DNA from: Candidatus Latescibacterota bacterium
GTDB lineage: Bacteria; Latescibacterota; UBA2968; UBA8231
Assembly (NCBI GenBank): GCA_965217585.1
Contig: OZ244561.1
Span: forward strand, 2,656,001 to 2,720,000
DNA: 64,000 nt
Reading direction: 5' to 3'
Below are positions 57,100-64,000 of this stretch, one piece after another. The first letter of the stretch is position 1, and the number at the start of each line of letters is the position of its first letter. The notes under the pieces were generated by a model that had not been told where the DNA came from, searched no databases, and worked only from the letters and a program-made list of their open reading frames with translations. The position numbers and the translations under genes are program-made.

Positions 57100-57338
57100 T
57101 CAGATACGAAGGCGACAGTTCATCTGCTCTGTGGCCGAGAATTCATGCTCAATTTCCTGAAGTTCCTTTTGGATTTCAGGATCAGCGGCCATTTTACTTA
57201 ATTGAGCGTCTATATCAGTTTTACCAGAAATATCAGTTCGTATCCGGTGGCTCACTCGCTCAATAAGCAGCAATTGCTCATCTAAAGACAAACGACGGAT
57301 GTTTTCTTTAATTCAGTAAGAAGAGATGGCGCAGACAT
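57100..57338 (-). pseudogene. Frameshifted small antitoxin-like gene
   Basis: AGGAGG then ATG at 57338 reads MSAPSLLTEL. A one-base shift near 57305 joins it to NIRRLSLDEQLLLIERVSHRIR...MAADPEIQKELQEIEHEF. AT-rich. Confidence 0.55.
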
Positions 57339-57377
57339 CTCGTTCCTCCTTGATAGATTGCTCATTTGGGATAATCG

Positions 57378-57438
57378 AAAGTACGACAAAGATCTCTTGA
57401 AGGTCAAGAAACTCCCCATCGTTGCCATCCTTGGCAAC
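57378..57438 (-). promoter_or_regulatory. Putative promoter with palindromic operators
   Basis: Minus-strand TTGACC-18-TACTTT; the -35 lies within TCTTGA-n3-TCAAGA; second palindrome GTTGCCA-n4-TGGCAAC at 57421-57438. Confidence 0.4.
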
Positions 57439-57510
57439 CCCACCCTGCTTGCACCAACGTGTAACAGGTCCATTTACGCTAACGTTCCTTTACCCTGATT
57501 GGAGTCCGCC

Positions 57511-58734
57511 ATGAAACTCAATCGCGACGAATTTCTGGAAACCGGCTACCTCATCGTCAAGGAAGCCGTGCCACGCGACAAACTTGAAAGCGTCCGGCAG
57601 GCGTACGAAACGCTCGTCAACCGCCAGCGCGAAAACTGGAAGGCCGAGCGCGCGGAAAATGATCCACCCGGGGGCGTCTGGGAGACCGCGGCGCAGCCCC
57701 GCCTGCAACTCTCAAGGTCACCGCTCGTCAATCAGATTGACCCGGAGACCGCGCCGGCGGTCGAGGTATGGCTTGAAGAGAACATCCATGGGGTCAGCAC
57801 AGAGCTCCTCAATATAGCGGACGGGGCCGTCACAGAGATGATGATGATGTGCAATCCTGTCAGAGATCACGGCCCGGCAAGGTGGCACCGCGATCTCCAT
57901 CCGATCGACACCGCGCCGCTTCAGGGCTATATCAACGACATCCTCGAAGGAGGCCCGCGCTACGTCCAATGGAACATCTCGCTTTACGACGACAGCGTCC
58001 TTTGGGTGGTGCCGGGCAGCCATCTGCGGCGGAACACGCCCGCAGAGAACGAGGTGATGTTGGCAGATCCCCGCTGCCCGCTGCCCAATGGCGTGCAGAC
58101 CCATCTCGGAGCTGGCGACGGCGTGGTCTATATCCTCCCGATCCTCCACTGGGGCAGCAACTACAGTCCGAAAATGCGGCGAACCGTGCACGGTGGTTTC
58201 TCGAACTATAATTCAATCGACGAACTCTCGTTTACCGAGCATATCTCCACAGACGCACAGGCGGCGTTCGCGCGCTGGAACGACCGCAGCGAGAAGATGA
58301 AGCAGCACACGGAATCGGCTCTGCGGGCCGTTCTCTCGGGAGATGGTGCCGCGTATCTAGGTGCCCTAGACAGTCTTCATCCAGAGCGGGCCGAGAAAGG
58401 CAGAATGCTGTCAACGGTCTTTCTCTGCAAGGCAGCGCTGGCGATTCGGCTGCATAAGGATCCACCGCTGCGTGGAATCGCCGAAGACCTCCGAGGTCGC
58501 GTTCTGGGGAAGCACCCCATCACGCTCAACTGGGGGCCGAAGTTCGCCGATCAATTCACCTCGGATGAGGCGCGATTGCTTTGGGATGGCTTCAGTCCGC
58601 TTGAGGCCCTGCTCCAAGCGGACGAGGAACACTTTGTGCCGGGATTCCAGGCCATCCCGATGAAGCACCACTTCAACGAGATGCCCGCGGACTACAGCAC
58701 GGCGGACTTCATCGCCAGTTGGACGGCCACGTGA
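57511..58734 (+). CDS. PhyH family dioxygenase with C-terminal extension
   Basis: F.ETGYLIV, WHRD, LWVVPGSH and ILHWGSNY; ATG after GGAG. Confidence 0.8.
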   Translation: MKLNRDEFLETGYLIVKEAVPRDKLESVRQAYETLVNRQRENWKAERAENDPPGGVWETAAQPRLQLSRSPLVNQIDPETAPAVEVWLEENIHGVSTELLNIADGAVTEMMMMCNPVRDHGPARWHRDLHPIDTAPLQGYINDILEGGPRYVQWNISLYDDSVLWVVPGSHLRRNTPAENEVMLADPRCPLPNGVQTHLGAGDGVVYILPILHWGSNYSPKMRRTVHGGFSNYNSIDELSFTEHISTDAQAAFARWNDRSEKMKQHTESALRAVLSGDGAAYLGALDSLHPERAEKGRMLSTVFLCKAALAIRLHKDPPLRGIAEDLRGRVLGKHPITLNWGPKFADQFTSDEARLLWDGFSPLEALLQADEEHFVPGFQAIPMKHHFNEMPADYSTADFIASWTAT

Positions 58735-58790
58735 TCCGACCGTAGTTCCGTCGATAGAGACCAGCAACCTCAACCGGGAGATAAACAAAA

Positions 58791-59810
58791 ATGAGCCAAC
58801 TCAGCATCGGCGTCGCCGGACTTGGTCACGGCAGAACGCTGCTTGGTGCCAACCAGCCGGAAAACAGCGCTTTGCCGGTCCGCGTCGCCGCCCTGTGCGA
58901 TAAACAGCAGGACAAGCTCGAAGCGCTCGGCCGCGAATTCGGGATCGACGCCCTGACATCTGATTTCGACGAACTAGTCGCGCGCAGCGACCTCGACATC
59001 ATCGGCATTTACACGCCTGGACCGCTCCACGCGCAGCAGATCCTGACCGCGCTCGACGCGGGCAAGCACGTGATGGTCACTAAGTCGATGGTGTACACGA
59101 TGGAAGAAGTGGAGCAGGTTGTGGAAGCTGTTGACAGATCCGGCAAGGTGCTGCTCGTCACGCAGAGTCTGCGCGGGAGGTATGACTTCATCGAAGCGAA
59201 GCGCGCCTGCGATGCCGGAGAAATCGGCGAACTCTTCATGGCCGAAGCCCACTACGTTCACGATCTCCGCCCGGTCTATGACTACTCCCCTTGGCGGGTT
59301 GAGATGCCGCAAGACCTGATCTTGGGCGGTGCCTGCCACCCAATTGACCTTCTGCGCTGGTTCATGGGCGACATCGACGAAGTCCACTGTTACGGGCTGC
59401 GCAGCGGCGTCGCACCGGACTATCCCCAGGAGGACAACTTCGTCATCAACGCAAAGTTCACATCTGGAAAGATCGGACGCATTGCGAACTTCCTCGGCAT
59501 CGTACATCCGCATGAAGTCCCGATGAACAGTCTGGCCGTTTACGGAACCCGTGGCTCAATTCTCAACGGCGCAAAGAGCCTCGATCCAACCGGCGATCTG
59601 CCTTCGCGCAAGGTCACCGCCGAGTTTTCATCCATGCGGGGCCACGCCAGCGAGATGATCGTCATGCTGCGGCACATGGCAGATTGTGTCCTGAACGGCA
59701 CGAAGCCCTGGGTCGGCGTTCGAGAAGGGGCCAAGGTCGTCGCCACAGGGCTTGCGTGTTGGGCCTCCGTTAGATCGGGGATGCCGGAGAAAGTGCGGAA
59801 TGACTTCTGA
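58791..59810 (+). CDS. Gfo/Idh/MocA family oxidoreductase
   Basis: GVAGLGHG, TP..LH, ALDAGKHV.V.K and CHPIDLL.W. Confidence 0.88.
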   Translation: MSQLSIGVAGLGHGRTLLGANQPENSALPVRVAALCDKQQDKLEALGREFGIDALTSDFDELVARSDLDIIGIYTPGPLHAQQILTALDAGKHVMVTKSMVYTMEEVEQVVEAVDRSGKVLLVTQSLRGRYDFIEAKRACDAGEIGELFMAEAHYVHDLRPVYDYSPWRVEMPQDLILGGACHPIDLLRWFMGDIDEVHCYGLRSGVAPDYPQEDNFVINAKFTSGKIGRIANFLGIVHPHEVPMNSLAVYGTRGSILNGAKSLDPTGDLPSRKVTAEFSSMRGHASEMIVMLRHMADCVLNGTKPWVGVREGAKVVATGLACWASVRSGMPEKVRNDF

Positions 59811-59833
59811 TTCGCTGTAGATGGGAGGCTTGC

Positions 59834-60823
59834 ATGCCCGTTTGTATTCCCAAAGACGCCAAGCGCATCATGCCGGATCTGTTGCGCGATTTTACTACTG
59901 AAGTGCTGCGCAAAGTCCACTTGCCCGATGGCGATGCTGCGTTGATTGCGCGCTATCTGGTGGATGTGGATTTGCGCGGGGTGGTCTCCCACGGCACGCG
60001 CCAGTTGCAACGGTATGTGGCTGAGTTTCGCGAGGGGCGCATTAACCCACATCCCGAGATTGCCCAAGTCATGGATGCCCCTTCCATGGCGATTTTTGAC
60101 GGCGATGGCGGTGCGGGTTACTTGGTGGCAACGCGGGCGACAGAGGCGGTCATTGAAAAAGCGAAAGCAAATGGCATCGCCGTTGCGTGTACGCGCAATC
60201 ACGGGCATGTGGGCAGCGTGGGAATTTATGCGCGGTTGGCACTGGTACGCGATTTGGCAACCTTTTCCGTGGCAGGGGGTGTCGCTTGGGAAAAACCGAC
60301 GAGCCCCGATGCAACAGTATGGGATGCGATGGGTGCCCCTCCGATGTGTTTTGGCATTCCAACGGCAGAAGGCCCGCCGTTTGTGCTGGATATGAATGCG
60401 AATATGTTGAAGGACCGCAGCAAACTCCCCGAAGCATTGCAGACATTTCCAGATTTTGTTTTCAAGAGTTTGGGAATGCGATTTACATCGTGGTTTTTGG
60501 CGGGCATTTTAGCGGGCACGGCGACCCCTGAATCGCGCAAACCAAAGTTTTCAAGTGCCACGCGGGCATTTACGATGGTGGCGATTGACGTGGCGCGGTT
60601 GGGCGATTTGGAGGCTTATAAGGCAGAGCTTGCTCGCATTTTGCGCGAGAGCCGGTCGCTGAACCCCATGCCGGGACTGGCAAGTGCCGAAGTCCCCGGC
60701 AGCTTGGAGTGGCAACGCGAACGAGCACGCGAGCAAAGCGGGATCCCACTGACTGAAGCATATCTCGACATGTTGCAGCGCATTGCCACAGAGATCAATG
60801 TGCCCGTTCCCTGGGAGTCATAG
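59834..60823 (+). CDS. Ldh_2 family oxidoreductase
   Basis: DLRGVVSHG, RNHGHVG, LDM and VPGSLE; codon usage more T-rich than its neighbours. Confidence 0.82.
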   Translation: MPVCIPKDAKRIMPDLLRDFTTEVLRKVHLPDGDAALIARYLVDVDLRGVVSHGTRQLQRYVAEFREGRINPHPEIAQVMDAPSMAIFDGDGGAGYLVATRATEAVIEKAKANGIAVACTRNHGHVGSVGIYARLALVRDLATFSVAGGVAWEKPTSPDATVWDAMGAPPMCFGIPTAEGPPFVLDMNANMLKDRSKLPEALQTFPDFVFKSLGMRFTSWFLAGILAGTATPESRKPKFSSATRAFTMVAIDVARLGDLEAYKAELARILRESRSLNPMPGLASAEVPGSLEWQRERAREQSGIPLTEAYLDMLQRIATEINVPVPWES

Positions 60824-61042
60824 TGGGCGATAACACGGCGATGCGAAGGTCGGTTCTGCGTGGTCGGCTTCGGCGGAAGTGAGGGCTGCATGGTCAACGG
60901 CGAGAATCTCCAGCGCGGATCGTAGCTACCCTTCAAAGGCGAGTACGCGCAGCGGAATGGCTGGGCGGACGGAGTGAGGAAGTGGATTGATCGGAAAACG
61001 GATATGGTCCAAATCACTGTTGTAGATGAGGAAATATTATGA
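60824..61042 (+). pseudogene. Decayed ORF upstream of the dynamin operon, possibly an FHA-domain remnant
   Basis: Frame WAITRRCEGRFCVVGFGGSEGCMVNGENLQRGS*LPF...VDEEIL* has one internal TAG, and its TGA overlaps the dynamin ATG (ATGA). Confidence 0.3.
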
Positions 61043-63252
61043 GGATTTCGAGAGAGACGTTGAAGACTGAGGCGGACGCCTTGCGTCAGCGGGCCGAGCC
61101 GATTTGGGCGGCTCTTGAAGATATTCAAGACCGCGAGCTCAACCAGAGAGCTTTCGATAGTTCACTTGAGCACCTTGAACAACAACGCCTTTGCATCACG
61201 GTGATGGGTGAGTTCAACACGGGAAAATCTACTCTCCTCAACACTTTTATCGGAGAGGAACTGCTTCCGACCGACCAATTAGAATGTACGGCAGTGCCGA
61301 CTTGGGTTCGGTGGGCAGACGACGAAAGCCTTGATGAAAATCGACAGGCTACTGTGATTTACGCGGATGGAAGTTCGGATGCTATACCCCTGTCTGAGAT
61401 CAGTGCCCGTACTACCCTTGATCAGGATTCTTGGAAGGAAATTGAACGGGTCGAAATTACTCTACCTAAAGACGAAGGAGAACAAGGACCGACGAACATG
61501 GTGCTCGTAGATACGCCTGGGCTCAACGGCAGTGAGGAGTTGGAGGCACGTAGCAGTCATCAGCTTGGCATGTCTCATGTGACCATTGTCGTGGTTCCCG
61601 TCGATGGGATTGGGCGAAAGAGCGATGTCGATCTAATCAAAAAGGCGTGGTCTATTGCGGACCGTGTCATGGTCGTTATCAACAAGTGCGATCAGCACGT
61701 AAAGACGGGCGATGGCTTTGAGAGGTTTCGGGATGAACTCCGCAGACGGGTTCCCGATCTTCCTCACGAGGCTATTTACACGATCTCTGCCAAATGCGCT
61801 TTCGATGACAACGCCTACCGAGATGAAGAAGATGAACTAAAGAGCGAATTTTGCCGCTTCTACAATGATTTGCGGCAGAATGTTTTAGAGGACCCAACCG
61901 CTGCGTTAAAAAAGCGTCCATTATTACTCCTGCGCGAAATTTGCAAGAAGGAGATCGCTCGCATTGAGAAATTAGAAGCAGAATTCGATACGAGCATTGA
62001 AGCAGCGGAAGCATATCTCGAAGAAGCCCAGGTAAATCTACAACGCTCGCAGGAGAAAATTCTCCAACTTTCGCGTAAGACTTTGATGGGGGAAGTGGAT
62101 ATTTTCCAACACTTTCTGAACGAGGAGCGGTCTCACATCGAACAAAATATGACGAAGTTTGTCGATGAGTTAGATGACGAGTTGCTAAATCGAGATGATC
62201 TGAAAGCGGCGCGACAGTGCGTTTCCAAATGGCTGAACGAAAGCATGCAAGGCGCTATTTTCAATAGGGTTTCTAGCCTGTTAAAGGCAGCGGCGAATCG
62301 ATTGATCTACGACCTTGAAAATCGCGGGCAGGACTCTGCGTTGAATTTGCCCAAGGTGGCTTCTATCAAATTGAACATGGCCCCCTTGAAACAGCAAGCT
62401 GACAAAGCGAGTGAGGCGTTGAGTCGCCGCGAAGACGAAATTGATAGGCTAAAGCAGCAGGTTGCAAGGTGCGAGCGAGCGGTGAAAAAGCGAAAGAAAA
62501 AAGTCGAAACGCTTAGGGAGCAGTCTGCTCAGTTAGAGAATTTAGAAGCGCAACGCAAAAAAGCTGTGAAAGATAAAAGGCAACTTGGGAAGAAACCGAA
62601 TCCAAAAGTGGAAGATTACACTGCTTATGAGACGAGGGAAGTAAAGCGTAGAGGACTGATGAGAATATGGGACTTGTTTTCTACTAAGAAAGAGAGGGTC
62701 CCAGTGAAGCGGCAGCGCAAAAATTATAGCCATGTAAGAAAATGGGAACGCGAGATCGAGGCGGCGGATAAGAAAGTTTCCGGTTTAGAAAAGAAGATCG
62801 CGCCTCTCAAAGACATGCGGAAAGAGATGCAAGAGATCAGAGATGAACTCCCAAAATTGCGGCGGGAAGCTAAGAATACCAAAGCAAAGTTGGAGTGTGC
62901 AGAAAAGTGTCTATTAGAGGAACAGGAAAAGTATCGTCAGGCAGGGATAAAAACCCGACGAGCACAGCTTAAGACAGGTGCCCGAAGGGAGTTGGAAAGT
63001 CTTTTCGATTCACTTCCCGATAGACTTAAAGGGGAGGCTAAGCAAATGCTGAAGGAAATTTCAAGAGATTTCAGTACGCGCTTCAAAGAGGCTGCTGACC
63101 GACAGCACAAATTACTCGCAGACGAGATGGAACAGCGGAAGAAAGAGGCGCGTGCGGCAGATGCCGAACGAGTAAAACGAGAGGGTGTTCGCAAAGCGCT
63201 TGCGGAAGCATTGGAGACTTTTCTCAGTGAAAACCAAGGAGAGAGAACGTGA
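61039..63252 (+). CDS. Bacterial dynamin-like GTPase with long coiled-coil stalk
   Basis: G1 GEFNTGKS, G2 ECTAVPT, G3 DTPG, G4 NKCD and ISAK; lower GC. Confidence 0.88.
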   Translation: MRISRETLKTEADALRQRAEPIWAALEDIQDRELNQRAFDSSLEHLEQQRLCITVMGEFNTGKSTLLNTFIGEELLPTDQLECTAVPTWVRWADDESLDENRQATVIYADGSSDAIPLSEISARTTLDQDSWKEIERVEITLPKDEGEQGPTNMVLVDTPGLNGSEELEARSSHQLGMSHVTIVVVPVDGIGRKSDVDLIKKAWSIADRVMVVINKCDQHVKTGDGFERFRDELRRRVPDLPHEAIYTISAKCAFDDNAYRDEEDELKSEFCRFYNDLRQNVLEDPTAALKKRPLLLLREICKKEIARIEKLEAEFDTSIEAAEAYLEEAQVNLQRSQEKILQLSRKTLMGEVDIFQHFLNEERSHIEQNMTKFVDELDDELLNRDDLKAARQCVSKWLNESMQGAIFNRVSSLLKAAANRLIYDLENRGQDSALNLPKVASIKLNMAPLKQQADKASEALSRREDEIDRLKQQVARCERAVKKRKKKVETLREQSAQLENLEAQRKKAVKDKRQLGKKPNPKVEDYTAYETREVKRRGLMRIWDLFSTKKERVPVKRQRKNYSHVRKWEREIEAADKKVSGLEKKIAPLKDMRKEMQEIRDELPKLRREAKNTKAKLECAEKCLLEEQEKYRQAGIKTRRAQLKTGARRELESLFDSLPDRLKGEAKQMLKEISRDFSTRFKEAADRQHKLLADEMEQRKKEARAADAERVKREGVRKALAEALETFLSENQGERT

Positions 63253-64000
63253 ACATCAAAAATAGATTTGCGGAATTGCGCGACGAAATGGTTGATCTAT
63301 TGAATCGAGCTGCCGCAGTCATGGAGAACGTCGTCCCACACTTAGGCGATGAAAGCGCGAGCAGTCTGCCAAAGACTTTCCAAGAACGGGCCAACACAGT
63401 TCAGAATGAGGAGTTCGTAGTCGTGGTCGTCGGCGAAATGAATCGCGGGAAGTCCGTGCTCCTCAACGCCATGATGCATAAGCAGTTGCTCACAATGGAT
63501 ACGCTTGAGTGTACGGCGACGGTCAATTTTCTTCGACATCCAATTCCGGAAAAAGATCAGTCGCCCGACCGCGTAGAGGTGCATTTTACCAATGGAAAGC
63601 CTCTGGAAAAAGTGCCGGTTGAAAAACTCGCGGATTATACCTCGCGGCTCTCGACTCTCGGTAGTGAGGAGGTGGCAGATTTGGTGGATCATGTAGATGT
63701 CTTTGTTGAATCGCGCTTCCTCAAAGACAATGTATTGCTCGTGGATACTCCGGGAACGAACACAACGACCCATAATCACATTCGGATTACCAACGAACAG
63801 GTCGAGCGTAGTAATGCGGCCATTTTTATTTTTGATGCGGGGACGCAAATGACCCGGTCGGATCGAGAGTTTCTCGAGAGTGTGAAAGAGTCGGTCTCTC
63901 GCCTATTCTTCGTCGTGAACAAAATTGACGATATTGACAAGAATGACATAGACCGGGTTTTGGAGCGCGTGGAGAGCAATATTCACGGGGTGGTGGAGCA
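63249..64000 (+). CDS. Second dynamin-like GTPase (partial, runs off the window; absent from the ORF track)
   Basis: GTG at 63249 overlaps the upstream TGA. Manual translation gives VVVVGEMNRGKSVLLNA...LECTATV...LLVDTPGTN...FFVVNKID. Confidence 0.88.
   Translation, partial: MNIKNRFAELRDEMVDLLNRAAAVMENVVPHLGDESASSLPKTFQERANTVQNEEFVVVVVGEMNRGKSVLLNAMMHKQLLTMDTLECTATVNFLRHPIPEKDQSPDRVEVHFTNGKPLEKVPVEKLADYTSRLSTLGSEEVADLVDHVDVFVESRFLKDNVLLVDTPGTNTTTHNHIRITNEQVERSNAAIFIFDAGTQMTRSDREFLESVKESVSRLFFVVNKIDDIDKNDIDRVLERVESNIHGVVE

Noticed and set aside
63342-63979. Minus-strand ORFs at the right edge
   Set aside because: Antisense to the second dynamin gene, which has clear GTPase motifs on the plus strand.

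Overview
GC-rich (roughly 60%+ by eye) bacterial genomic window with about 55 densely packed genes. No rRNA, tRNA, CRISPR array or intact transposase was recognised. The gene content points, by inference only, to an FCB-superphylum heterotroph such as Ca. Latescibacterota, of the type common among sponge symbionts. It includes three secreted proteins ending in a 'NYPNPFN' FlgD/T9SS-type C-terminal domain, four PhyH-family dioxygenases, two sulfatases, FG-GAP and ankyrin proteins, and a vanadium haloperoxidase-like enzyme. Most of the window is catabolic or envelope housekeeping. The most interesting parts are: (1) a lower-GC islet at about 15.3-18.7 kb with a SAMHD1-like HD dNTP triphosphohydrolase coupled to a YwgA/Panacea-like partner, a convergent HsdR_N nuclease fused to a SeqA-like domain, a 16-bp tandem duplication at their junction and a DprA/SLOG-like gene remnant, together a candidate defence island; (2) two tandem, near-identical secreted PQQ-dehydrogenase/ankyrin-repeat fusion genes; (3) a lower-GC paired dynamin-like GTPase operon at the right edge, preceded by a decayed, possibly FHA-like ORF; (4) a window-wide excess of CTAG/CTTGG/CCAAG over CCWGG, suggesting unrepaired cytosine-methylation mutagenesis. 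All family calls come from motif recognition by eye; no database search was run.
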